Shown here: in pieces, positions 10,914 to 19,765 of the stretch
How positions within the stretch are numbered: position 1 is the stretch's first letter
How the letters are laid out: every line of letters starts with the position of its first letter
Source of the DNA: Candidatus Zixiibacteriota bacterium
GTDB lineage: Bacteria > Zixibacteria > MSB-5A5 > WJJR01
Reading direction: 5' to 3'
NCBI GenBank assembly: GCA_036170655.1
Contig: JAVHPP010000007.1
Span: 1 to 36,171 of the forward strand
DNA: 36,171 nt
Made by a program: the position numbers and the translations under genes
Notes under the pieces: generated by a model
Told to the model about the DNA's origin: nothing
Database searches by the model: none
The model's input: only the letters and a program-made list of their open reading frames with translations

Positions 10914-10978
10914 CTGACCGGCGCTGATCTGGCGTCCGGACCGGTTTCCGATTCCGGGTACGACGAGCCCAACACGAT

Positions 10979-12292
10979 ATGCTGTCCGCCTTCCAAAACA
11001 TTTTCAAGATTGAAGAACTCCGGCGTCGTGTGTTGTTCACGCTGGGGATTCTGATTGTCTACCGAATCGGCGGACACATTCCGACACCGGGCGTCGATGC
11101 GCAGGCCTTGGGCTCCTTCTTTGCTTCGGCGGGCAGCACCCTCTTCGGATTGTACGATATGTTCGTCGGGGGATCCTTCTACAAGGCAACGATCTTTGCC
11201 TTGGGGATCATGCCCTACATCTCCGCCTCGATCATCATCCAGCTCTTGGGGTCGGTGATTCCCTACTTCCAAAAGCTCCAGAAAGAAGGGGAAGAGGGAC
11301 GTCGCAAGATCACGCAGTTGACGCGTTATGGCACCGTGTTGATCGGCGCTCTCCAGGCTTTTGGCACGGCTGTCTTCCTCGAGTCGATTAACGCGGGTCA
11401 GGGATCTCCGGTGGTCCCGATGCCGGGATGGGGCTTCAAGCTCGTTACCATCATTACATTTACGTCCGGCACGATTTTTATCATGTGGCTGGGCGAGCAG
11501 ATTACGGAGCGCGGAATCGGCAACGGGATTTCACTCATCATTTTCATCGGGATCATTGCCCGCTTCCCCCAGTCGATCTTCGACGAAGTGCGTGAGCTCA
11601 GTGCGGGACGTCGCGGGATCTTCACGGAACTGGCTATTGTAGCCATGATGATTGGGGTTGTTGCTGCCATCGTTCTGGTTACGCGTGCACAACGTCGTAT
11701 ACCAGTGCAGTATCCCAAGCGCGTTGTTGGACGCAAGGTGTATGGTGGTCAGGCGACCCATATCCCCCTGTCTGTTAACACGGCCGGTGTGATTCCCATC
11801 ATTTTTGCACAGTCGATCATGTTCGCGCCGCAGACGTTGCTCTCCTTCTTCCCGAATGTTGACTGGCTGCAGGAAATTGGCAGGTATTTCAACCCCGGTG
11901 CAATCGCGTATTCGATCGTTTACGGTCTCGTGATTGTTTTCTTCGCCTTCTTCTACACGGCGATTGTGTTCAATCCCGTCGATTTGGCGGATAACATGAA
12001 GAAATACGGCGGTTACATCCCGGGAATCCGGCCTGGGAGGCGGACCGCAGACTATATAGACAGAGTGCTGACCCGTATCACTCTTCCCGGTGCGATCTTC
12101 TTTGCCTTGGTGGCCATTCTGCCGTACATTCTGATCCAGCGCGCCAACGTTCAGTACTACTTCGGCGGAACGGGCCTGCTGATCGTTGTCGGCGTGGCGC
12201 TGGATACGCTCCAGCAGGTCGAGTCGCACCTAATCATGCGTCACTACGATGGGTTCATGAAGAGGGGGCGCATCCGCGGCCGCTCGATGTAG
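10979..12292 (+). CDS. secY: Preprotein translocase subunit SecY
   Basis: IFALGIMPYISASII, WLGEQITERGIGNGISLIIF, IPGIRPG, multiple hydrophobic segments. Confidence 0.99.
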   Translation: MLSAFQNIFKIEELRRRVLFTLGILIVYRIGGHIPTPGVDAQALGSFFASAGSTLFGLYDMFVGGSFYKATIFALGIMPYISASIIIQLLGSVIPYFQKLQKEGEEGRRKITQLTRYGTVLIGALQAFGTAVFLESINAGQGSPVVPMPGWGFKLVTIITFTSGTIFIMWLGEQITERGIGNGISLIIFIGIIARFPQSIFDEVRELSAGRRGIFTELAIVAMMIGVVAAIVLVTRAQRRIPVQYPKRVVGRKVYGGQATHIPLSVNTAGVIPIIFAQSIMFAPQTLLSFFPNVDWLQEIGRYFNPGAIAYSIVYGLVIVFFAFFYTAIVFNPVDLADNMKKYGGYIPGIRPGRRTADYIDRVLTRITLPGAIFFALVAILPYILIQRANVQYYFGGTGLLIVVGVALDTLQQVESHLIMRHYDGFMKRGRIRGRSM

Positions 12293-12315
12293 AGTGGTGT
12301 TTCTCGGAGTCACGC

Positions 12316-12879
12316 ATGCGTTGGATTCTTCTGGGACCACCGGGATCGGGCAAGGGGACGCAGGCCAAGAAACTGGCCGCCGCCTATGGTGCAGCCCACC
12401 TGTCAACTGGCGATTTGTTGCGTGGCGAAGTAGCGGCTGGAACGGAACTGGGCAGAAGCGCCCAGAGTTATATGGACCGTGGTGATTTGGTGCCGGATGA
12501 CTTGATACTAAAGATGATTGGCGGTCGATTGCAGTCGTTATCAAATGGTGCGGGTTTCATTCTTGACGGTTTTCCCCGTACAAAGCCGCAGGCCGTCGCC
12601 TTGGACCGCCTCCTGGCCTCGCTGGGAAAACCGGTCGAACGAGCGGTGCTGGTGAATGTGGGTGATGTCGAAATTAAGGCCCGTTTGGCGGGTCGTGCCC
12701 GTGCGGAGGGCCGTGTGGACGATGCCGAAGATGTGATCGACCGGCGTCTGCGTGTCTACCGCCAGCAAACGGAGCCCTTGGTGCAGTACTATCGCGAAAA
12801 GGGCAATCTGGCCGAGGTTGGGGGCGAACAGCCGATTGACGTAGTCTACCGCGAACTTGAGGAGCTGGTAGGGTCATGA
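12316..12879 (+). CDS. adk: Adenylate kinase (short LID type)
   Basis: P-loop GPPGSGKGTQ, STGDLLR, LDGFPR. LID reduced to GRARAEGRVDD. Confidence 0.97.
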   Translation: MRWILLGPPGSGKGTQAKKLAAAYGAAHLSTGDLLRGEVAAGTELGRSAQSYMDRGDLVPDDLILKMIGGRLQSLSNGAGFILDGFPRTKPQAVALDRLLASLGKPVERAVLVNVGDVEIKARLAGRARAEGRVDDAEDVIDRRLRVYRQQTEPLVQYYREKGNLAEVGGEQPIDVVYRELEELVGS

Positions 12880-13634
12880 TTGTGGTGAAGACAAAACCCC
12901 AAATCGAAATCATGCGTCGCGCAGGCGAATTGGTTGCCAAGACACTTGATCTCGTGGAGGCCTCCGCCCACCCCGGCGTCACAACCGCCGAACTGGATCG
13001 GATCGCCGAGGATTTTATTAGATCCCACGGGGCCGTGCCGGCGTTCAAGGGATACTTGGGGTACCCAGCGACGATCTGTGTGTCGATCGACGACGAGGTC
13101 GTGCATGGCATTCCCGGAAAGAGGTTTCTCGCCGAGGGTCAGATCGTATCGATTGACGCCGGTGTCAGTTTGGATGGCTGGTTTGGAGACGCGGCACGGA
13201 CATTGAAGATCGGTTCGATCCCTTCCGAAGCCGAACGCCTCCTTCGTGCCACACAAGAGGCCTTGTTGATGGGCATCCAGCAGGCCCGGGTCGGGAACCG
13301 GCTTGGTGATATTTCCGCCGCCGTGCAAACATTTGCCGAGGAAAAGGGGTATTCAGTCGTGCGCGACTTGGTCGGTCACGGTATCGGGCAGAAGATGCAC
13401 GAAGAACCGCAGGTCCCCAACTTCGGTGCCCCCCACACCGGTATTCAGCTCAAAGCCGGAATGGTCTTGGCCATCGAGCCGATGATCAATGCGGGTGGGG
13501 CGAAGGTCACAGTCGCGTCCGACCAGTGGACGGTGCGGACCGCCGACGGATCGCTTTCGGCGCATTTTGAGCATACCGTGGCGGTCACGGAGAACGGTCC
13601 CGATGTCTTGACCATCGTGGATCAGAAGGGATAG
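12876..13634 (+). CDS. map: Methionine aminopeptidase type I
   Basis: VVHGIP, DAART, GHGIG..MHEEP, AIEPM, SAHFEHT. Confidence 0.98.
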   Translation: MIVVKTKPQIEIMRRAGELVAKTLDLVEASAHPGVTTAELDRIAEDFIRSHGAVPAFKGYLGYPATICVSIDDEVVHGIPGKRFLAEGQIVSIDAGVSLDGWFGDAARTLKIGSIPSEAERLLRATQEALLMGIQQARVGNRLGDISAAVQTFAEEKGYSVVRDLVGHGIGQKMHEEPQVPNFGAPHTGIQLKAGMVLAIEPMINAGGAKVTVASDQWTVRTADGSLSAHFEHTVAVTENGPDVLTIVDQKG

Positions 13635-13635
13635 G

Positions 13636-13854
13636 TTGGCGAAGGAGCAGGCGATCACCGTTGAAGGGCGGGTCTTGGAACCCCTGCCCAATGCCATGTT
13701 CGAAGTGGAATTGGAAAATGGGCACAAGGTTCTCGCCCATGTCTCGGGAAAAATGCGGATGCATTTCATCAGAATCCTGCCCGGAGACCGGGTAACCTTG
13801 GAGCTTTCTCCGTACGATTTGACGCGGGGGCGGATCATTTACCGGTATAAGTAG
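13636..13854 (+). CDS. infA: Translation initiation factor IF-1
   Basis: [42 protein letters not shown] start. Confidence 0.98.
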   Translation: MAKEQAITVEGRVLEPLPNAMFEVELENGHKVLAHVSGKMRMHFIRILPGDRVTLELSPYDLTRGRIIYRYK

Positions 13855-13913
13855 ATTTGGTCACAACCCAGATTCGGTGATATGAAGGGTGACCAGATAG
13901 GATCGAGGACAAT

Positions 13914-14027
13914 ATGAAAGTTCGTTCATCAATCAAGCCGCGTTGCGAAAAGTGCAAACTGATCCGCCGCAAGGGTGTCATGCGGATTATCTGTGAGAAC
14001 CCGCGGCATAAACAACGCCAGGGATAG
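13914..14027 (+). CDS. rpmJ: 50S ribosomal protein L36, Zn-binding (absent from the ORF track)
   Basis: Hand translation [43 protein letters not shown] upstream. Confidence 0.97.
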   Translation: MKVRSSIKPRCEKCKLIRRKGVMRIICENPRHKQRQG

Positions 14028-14087
14028 CATCGAGCGGGGTGCCAGTCGCATCAAAGCGGTTCTTGGCGCCCGTGAGCAGGAGGACAT

Positions 14088-14465
14088 TTGGCACGTATAG
14101 CAGGTGTGGATTTGCCGAAGGAAAAGCGGATCGAGGTGGGCCTGACCTATATTTTTGGGATTGGTCCCACCTTGGCCCGCAAGATCCTCAAGGCAACCGG
14201 AGTCAATCCGGATACGCGCGTTCAGGCGCTGACCGACGACGAAGCGGTGCGTCTGCGGAATGAAATCGACGCCAACTATCGGGTCGAGGGCGCGTTGCGC
14301 GGTGAAGTCCAGATGAACATTAAGCGGCTGATCGATATTGGTTGCTATCGCGGCCAGCGTCATCGCCGCAATCTGCCGGTCCGGGGGCAGCGAACCAAGA
14401 CGAATGCCCGTACACGCAAAGGCCCCAAGAAACTCATTGGCCAGCGGAAGAAAGTAGCCGCCTGA
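14088..14465 (+). CDS. rpsM: 30S ribosomal protein S13
   Basis: [37 protein letters not shown] start with AGGAGG SD. Confidence 0.98.
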   Translation: MARIAGVDLPKEKRIEVGLTYIFGIGPTLARKILKATGVNPDTRVQALTDDEAVRLRNEIDANYRVEGALRGEVQMNIKRLIDIGCYRGQRHRRNLPVRGQRTKTNARTRKGPKKLIGQRKKVAA

Positions 14466-14540
14466 TCCGGCGCCGAACGCCGATGGACGCCCCCTTTGAT
14501 CAGTGTCTGAAGAACCGGAAGGCAGCGACAGGAGAGTAAC

Positions 14541-14933
14541 TTGGCAGAGCAGAAACGTAAAGAGACACATCGCAAACGCACCCGTGTGGAGCCGGTGGGC
14601 CGGGCGTTCATTCAGGCGACCTTCAACAATACGATCATCACCATCACGGATGGCAAGGGACAGGTTGTCTCGTGGTCGTCCGCCGGGCGTCAGGGATTCA
14701 AGGGTTCGAAGAAAAGCACCCCGTTTGCCGCGCAACAGGCCGGCAGTACAGCCGCGCGCGAGGCCATGGAACTCGGCGTGCGTAAGATCGATATCAGTGT
14801 GAATGGACCCGGATCAGGACGCGAAGCGGCCATCCGCTCACTGTCCGCGGCCGGTCTCGAGGTCACATCAATTAAGGATGTTACGCCGTTGCCTCACAAT
14901 GGATGTCGCCCGCCGAAGAGACGACGGGTATAG
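14541..14933 (+). CDS. rpsK: 30S ribosomal protein S11
   Basis: [43 protein letters not shown] start. Confidence 0.98.
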   Translation: MAEQKRKETHRKRTRVEPVGRAFIQATFNNTIITITDGKGQVVSWSSAGRQGFKGSKKSTPFAAQQAGSTAAREAMELGVRKIDISVNGPGSGREAAIRSLSAAGLEVTSIKDVTPLPHNGCRPPKRRRV

Positions 14934-15009
14934 GATAGTCTGGATAATCCCATGTCTGCGGGTGCTCTCATGTGCATCCCGGACCGTAAATTGCAATCAG
15001 GAGTAGTTC

Positions 15010-15639
15010 ATGGCGCGATATCGCGATGCGAATTGCAAACTCTGTCGTCGGGAACGGGAAAAGCTGTTCCTCAAGGGCAATCGTTGCATGTCGGACAAGT
15101 GTCCCATCGAACGGGGAGCCAATCCGCCCGGGCAGCACGGCGCCAATATGCGTCGTAAAGTCTCCGAATACGGCGTGCAGTTGCGTGAAAAACAGAAGAT
15201 CCGCCGGATCTATGGCGTGCTGGAGCAGCAGTTTCACAACTACTATGAGAAAGCCACCCGCATGCGCGGGATCACTGGCGAGAATCTGCTCTTGCTGCTC
15301 GAGCAGCGTCTCGACAATGTCGTCTATCGCCTCGGGTTTGCCCCGTCGCGCAAGGCGTCTCGTCAGCTTGTGCGCCATCGCCATTTCACCGTCAATGATC
15401 AGATTGTGGATATTCCCTCTTATTCAGTGCAGCCCGGCGATGTGATCAGGGTTCGGGACAAATCCAAACGTCTCGACGTCATCCACCTGGCATTGAAGGA
15501 ATCTGGACGAGCCGGTGACCTGTCTTGGTTCCGTCTCGACAAGGCCCGCTTGGAGGGTGAGTTGCTCTCTCTGCCGGCCCGAATCGACATTCCGACACCT
15601 GTCCAGGAACAGTTGGTTGTTGAACTCTACTCCAAATAA
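15010..15639 (+). CDS. rpsD: 30S ribosomal protein S4 (Cys-containing, Zn-type N-terminus)
   Basis: CKLCRRE..LFLKG.RC...[30 protein letters not shown]. Confidence 0.98.
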   Translation: MARYRDANCKLCRREREKLFLKGNRCMSDKCPIERGANPPGQHGANMRRKVSEYGVQLREKQKIRRIYGVLEQQFHNYYEKATRMRGITGENLLLLLEQRLDNVVYRLGFAPSRKASRQLVRHRHFTVNDQIVDIPSYSVQPGDVIRVRDKSKRLDVIHLALKESGRAGDLSWFRLDKARLEGELLSLPARIDIPTPVQEQLVVELYSK

Positions 15640-15667
15640 CCGCGACATCTGCGGGAGGCCGACCAAA

Positions 15668-16675
15668 ATGAAATGGAAAGCGCTGACCATGCCCAAGGAA
15701 GTCGTCGTCGATGACGCGACGAAGACAACAACCTACGGCCGTTTCTATTTCGAGCCTTTGGAACGCGGCTTTGGCCACACCATCGGCAATGCGCTGCGGC
15801 GCACGTTGATCTCGTCCATTCAGGGATCTGCCATGGTGGCAGTCCGGATCGAAGGCGTTCTTCATGAGTTTTCGACGATCCCCGGGGTGATGGAGGATGT
15901 CACTGATATCATCCTCAACATCAAGAGAATACGTCCGCAGTTGCTGGTCGACGAAATGGTCACGCTCGTGCTGGACGTGGAAGACGTCGGGCGTTACAAT
16001 GCCGGCCACATCGAGGTCAACTCCAAAGTCAAGATCCAGAATCCGGATCTGCATCTTCTCGAACTGACCAAGGCGGCGCGTGTTCGTATCGAGATGGATG
16101 TCGCCACCGGCCGCGGATACGTGATGGCCGAGCAGAACAAACGCCCGGAACAGCCGGCCGGTACCATCCCGGTGGATGCGCTTTTTTCACCGGTCACCAA
16201 GGTCAATTACGAGGTCGAAAACACGCGTGTCGGGCAACGGACAGACTACGATCGGCTCATCCTGGATATCTGGACGGATGGCTCGGTTGTCCCGGAAGAC
16301 GCACTCTCCTATGCTGCGAAAATCATCAAGGACCACATGCAGCCGTTTATCACCTTCGAAGAGGAATTCGTCGAAGAGGAGTCCCCCGAAGTCGATGAGG
16401 AAACGGGCCGCATCCGCCAGTTGCTCCAGATGCGCGTGGATGAACTGGAGCTCTCGGTTCGCTCGTCCAACTGCCTGCGTGCAGCAAATATCACAACGCT
16501 GGAAGAATTGGTCTGTAAGTCAGAGTCGGAAATGCTGAAATACCGCAACTTTGGACGCAAGTCGCTGAATGAGCTCAACGGAATCCTATCGGAACTGGGT
16601 CTGCACTTCGGGATGGATATCGAACAGTACAGGATCCCGGAAGAGGAGAACCAGCCGGAGGAGATCGTCACCTGA
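15668..16675 (+). CDS. rpoA: RNA polymerase alpha subunit
   Basis: EPLERGFGHTIGNALRR, LHEFSTIPGV, DALFSPV, LELSVRSSNCL, NFGRKSL. Start ATG 15668. Confidence 0.98.
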   Translation: MKWKALTMPKEVVVDDATKTTTYGRFYFEPLERGFGHTIGNALRRTLISSIQGSAMVAVRIEGVLHEFSTIPGVMEDVTDIILNIKRIRPQLLVDEMVTLVLDVEDVGRYNAGHIEVNSKVKIQNPDLHLLELTKAARVRIEMDVATGRGYVMAEQNKRPEQPAGTIPVDALFSPVTKVNYEVENTRVGQRTDYDRLILDIWTDGSVVPEDALSYAAKIIKDHMQPFITFEEEFVEEESPEVDEETGRIRQLLQMRVDELELSVRSSNCLRAANITTLEELVCKSESEMLKYRNFGRKSLNELNGILSELGLHFGMDIEQYRIPEEENQPEEIVT

Positions 16676-16702
16676 GCAACTTCGGCATTGGAGTGAATCA
16701 CC

Positions 16703-17194
16703 ATGCGACATGGGAAAACCGTAAAGAAACTGGGGCGTACCCCCTCTCACCGTCGGGCAATGCTAGCCAATATGGCGACGTCGCTGTTTCGCGCGCACGC
16801 GGTGATCACAACCACCCCTAAGGCACGCGTGGTCCGTTCGGTTGCAGAACGACTGATCACGCTTGGCAAACGCGGCGACCTGCACGCACGCCGTCTGGCG
16901 TCCATTCAGGTCAAAGACCGCGCGGTCTTGAAAAAGCTTTTCGAGGAGATTGCCCCGCAGTTTGCCACCCGGGCGGGCGGCTACACGCGTATCATCAAGC
17001 TCGGCACACGCCGGGGCGATGGGGCCGATCTCGCGCGGCTCGAGCTGCTGATTCCCAAAGCTGCTCCCGCCTCTGCTAAAGACAAGGTGGAGAAGAAAGG
17101 CGCCCATAAGGGTGAGAGCTCTCCGGAAACAATTGAGGCCAAGACGGACAAGGCGAAGGGAAAGAAGGCCGTGGCCGAAGCCAAGGCGAAGTGA
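16703..17194 (+). CDS. rplQ: 50S ribosomal protein L17 with Lys/Ala/Glu-rich tail
   Basis: MRHG..VKKLGRTPSHRRAML, ERLITLGK, GGYTRIIK, RRGDGA. Confidence 0.98.
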   Translation: MRHGKTVKKLGRTPSHRRAMLANMATSLFRAHAVITTTPKARVVRSVAERLITLGKRGDLHARRLASIQVKDRAVLKKLFEEIAPQFATRAGGYTRIIKLGTRRGDGADLARLELLIPKAAPASAKDKVEKKGAHKGESSPETIEAKTDKAKGKKAVAEAKAK

Positions 17195-17217
17195 CGCAGA
17201 GATGCAATGTGTGGACA

Positions 17218-17251
17218 GGCAGCCTGCTCTCGGCGGGCTGCCATTTTTATT
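17218..17251 (+). terminator. Rho-independent terminator of the ribosomal superoperon
   Basis: Stem GGCAGCCTGC / GCGGGCTGCC (one G-U pair) followed by ATTTTTATT, 23 nt after the rplQ stop. Confidence 0.85.
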
Positions 17252-17318
17252 GCTCTAAACCGGCTGATTGCCTGTATTTTCTCCCGGGTCCGCGTGGGCC
17301 GCGCATGGTACCAGTAAG

Positions 17319-17744
17319 ATGAGAGTGTCGGCAAACGGGGAAACGTTCGTCGTGAGTGTGCTCACCGCCACGGTCATCGCCTTGGCTTCGATGGGTCTTG
17401 TCATGTCACACAACCGTCATCGCGCCGATTCGACCGCGGTGGAATGGGCACTCGATGCGTTGCGCAATCTGCCGGATGCTACTGTCAGGCAGGTCTGTGA
17501 TCCCGCTGAATTCGTCACACGGGTCGAGCTGTTCCGTGACGCCATCCGTCAGGATCGGATACCGATTGACTCGGTTCGGGGTTTCTATCAAGCCTATGCA
17601 CGACAGGCCCGCGATGGCCATATCACCGTTCTGGAAGCCAGATTCTTGGGAACGTATCTTGGCCTTGCGCGAAAGACGCCGATCGATGCAACCGGCTCGG
17701 AGGATTTTCCCGAATCGTCCGCGGCCTCCGTCCCTGGCAGGTAA
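17319..17744 (+). CDS. Hypothetical protein with one N-terminal hydrophobic helix
   Basis: 141-aa ORF filling the gap between the terminator and deoB (21 nt upstream of deoB). Hydrophobic stretch FVVSVLTATVIALASMGLVM. No recognised motif; start uncertain. Confidence 0.55.
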   Translation: MRVSANGETFVVSVLTATVIALASMGLVMSHNRHRADSTAVEWALDALRNLPDATVRQVCDPAEFVTRVELFRDAIRQDRIPIDSVRGFYQAYARQARDGHITVLEARFLGTYLGLARKTPIDATGSEDFPESSAASVPGR

Positions 17745-17765
17745 TCGAGCCACTCCTGTTTGCGT

Positions 17766-18941
17766 ATGATCACCCGTGTCATCGTAATTGTCCTGGATGG
17801 CTGCGGCATTGGTGAGGCCCCGGACACGGGCGCCTACGGAGACTCCGGATCAAACACGCTCGTCAACACCGCCCGTGCGGTTGGGGGGTTGAACTGCCCG
17901 AACTTGGAACGGCTTGGACTCGGTCATCTCGATCACATCGAAGGCGTGTCGGCGGTGGCGAATCCCATCGGCTCTTTTGGGACGATGGCGGAACGGTCCG
18001 CCGGGAAAGACTCCACGACTGGGCATTGGGAACTGATGGGGGTGGTCCTCGCAGATCCGTTTCCCGTTTATCCCAACGGGTTCGGTCCCCATATTCTTGA
18101 GCGCTTTACCCGGGAAACGGGCCGTCGTGTGCTCGGCAATTGCCCGGCCTCCGGCACGGAAATCATCGCCCGTCTGGGTGACCAGCATTGCACGACCGGA
18201 GACCTGATTGTCTACACTTCGGCCGACTCCGTGTTTCAAGTCGCTGCCCACGAAGAAATTGTGCCCGTCGAGGAGCTCTATCGCTGCTGCGAGATCGCCC
18301 GCCGAATTCTGACGGGGAAGGATGCGGTTGGACGCGTCATCGCCCGCCCGTTTGTTGGAACATCTGGACACTATGTACGGACGCACCGTCGCCGCGATTT
18401 CTCCCTGTCCCCCCCACGCCCAACACTCCTCGACCGGCTGATGGACAGGGACATCGAGACAGTCGGCATCGGTAAGATTGGCGATCTCTTTGCCGGGCAA
18501 GGTCTGTCGGTCAAGATTCATACGACGGACAACGATGATGGAATGGAGCAGACCATCAGCGCTCTCTCAACCCATCCACGGGGAATGATCTTCACGAATC
18601 TGGTCGAGTTCGATATGATCTGGGGCCATCGCAACGATGTCCAAGGATTTGCGCGGGGGCTCGAGAGATTTGACCGGATGCTGGAACGCCTGCTGCCATC
18701 AATGGGCGAATCAGATGCGCTCTTCCTCGTGGCCGATCATGGCTGTGATCCGACGACTCCCTCGACCGATCATTCACGCGAGTTGGTCCCACTCCTGGTC
18801 TATGGGCCGGGTCTGAGGGCTGGCGTCCGTCTCGGGCAGAGACCATCTTTCGCAGATCTGGCGGCGACGATTGGCGATATATTCGGCGTCCGCGAGAGCG
18901 GCGACGGGCGCAGTTTCCTCGCGGATCTGTCCCCTGCGTGA
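17766..18941 (+). CDS. deoB: Phosphopentomutase
   Basis: IVLDGCGIG, GKDSTTGHWE, YTSADSVFQVAAHE, GRVIARPF, WGHRND, ADHGCDPT, TDHSRE. Confidence 0.97.
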   Translation: MITRVIVIVLDGCGIGEAPDTGAYGDSGSNTLVNTARAVGGLNCPNLERLGLGHLDHIEGVSAVANPIGSFGTMAERSAGKDSTTGHWELMGVVLADPFPVYPNGFGPHILERFTRETGRRVLGNCPASGTEIIARLGDQHCTTGDLIVYTSADSVFQVAAHEEIVPVEELYRCCEIARRILTGKDAVGRVIARPFVGTSGHYVRTHRRRDFSLSPPRPTLLDRLMDRDIETVGIGKIGDLFAGQGLSVKIHTTDNDDGMEQTISALSTHPRGMIFTNLVEFDMIWGHRNDVQGFARGLERFDRMLERLLPSMGESDALFLVADHGCDPTTPSTDHSRELVPLLVYGPGLRAGVRLGQRPSFADLAATIGDIFGVRESGDGRSFLADLSPA

Positions 18942-19075
18942 CGTATCTGGATGGAAATAGTGCGATGTTAACTATTGTTGCTTCATATCGGATCGATCGG
19001 CAGCGCCGCCGTGGATGGGTGGAGCTTATCGCATGAGGTGACCGCGTTCGTACGGTCAGTTTCCGGAAGGCCCGG

Positions 19076-19747
19076 ATGGCACACGTTTCTGATCTGGCGT
19101 CGTACATCGACCACACAAATCTCCTGCCGACGGCGACGGAACGGGACATCGTACAGTTGTGCGAAGAGGCGCGAACCTATGGCTTCGCCAGCGTTTGTGT
19201 ATCGCCGGTGCGCGTGCGTACAGCGGTGGATCAACAGTCAGGGCCAAAGGCGCGTGTCAGCGCGGTCGTGGGATTTCCCGGCGGGTCGCACGAGTCCACG
19301 GTCAAGACCCGCGAAGCGGAACTGTGTGTCCAAAACGGGGCGTCGGAGATCGACATGGTGGCCGGCACTGGCTGGCTTCTCGATGGTGCGCTGAGCCTGT
19401 ATACCGACGATATTATGGCCGTCCGTAAAGTCATTGGTGATCGGGTAACACTCAAGGTGATCATTGAGGCGTCACTATTGCGGCCCGCTGAGATCGTCCG
19501 CGCTGCGGCCGCGGCTGTTGGCGCAGGTGCTGACTTCATCAAAACCTCAACCGGTGTCTATGGCCATGCCCGGCTGGAGGATGTTGAATTGCTCCGCCGG
19601 GTGCTGGATTCTCGTGTCAAGATCAAAGCAGCCGGCGGGATCCGAACGAGCGCCCAGGCGCTCGATTTCATTGGCGCGGGAGCAAGCCGCATCGGTACGT
19701 CGTCTTCGATGGCGATGATGAAGGAACAGTCCGCGAAACGTTCTTGA
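19076..19747 (+). CDS. deoC: Deoxyribose-phosphate aldolase
   Basis: IDHTNL, VVGFPGG, GASEIDMV, KVIIE, FIKTSTG, IKAAGGIR, RIGTSS. Confidence 0.96.
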   Translation: MAHVSDLASYIDHTNLLPTATERDIVQLCEEARTYGFASVCVSPVRVRTAVDQQSGPKARVSAVVGFPGGSHESTVKTREAELCVQNGASEIDMVAGTGWLLDGALSLYTDDIMAVRKVIGDRVTLKVIIEASLLRPAEIVRAAAAAVGAGADFIKTSTGVYGHARLEDVELLRRVLDSRVKIKAAGGIRTSAQALDFIGAGASRIGTSSSMAMMKEQSAKRS

Positions 19748-19765
19748 AGCGGAGTGGGCGCCTGG

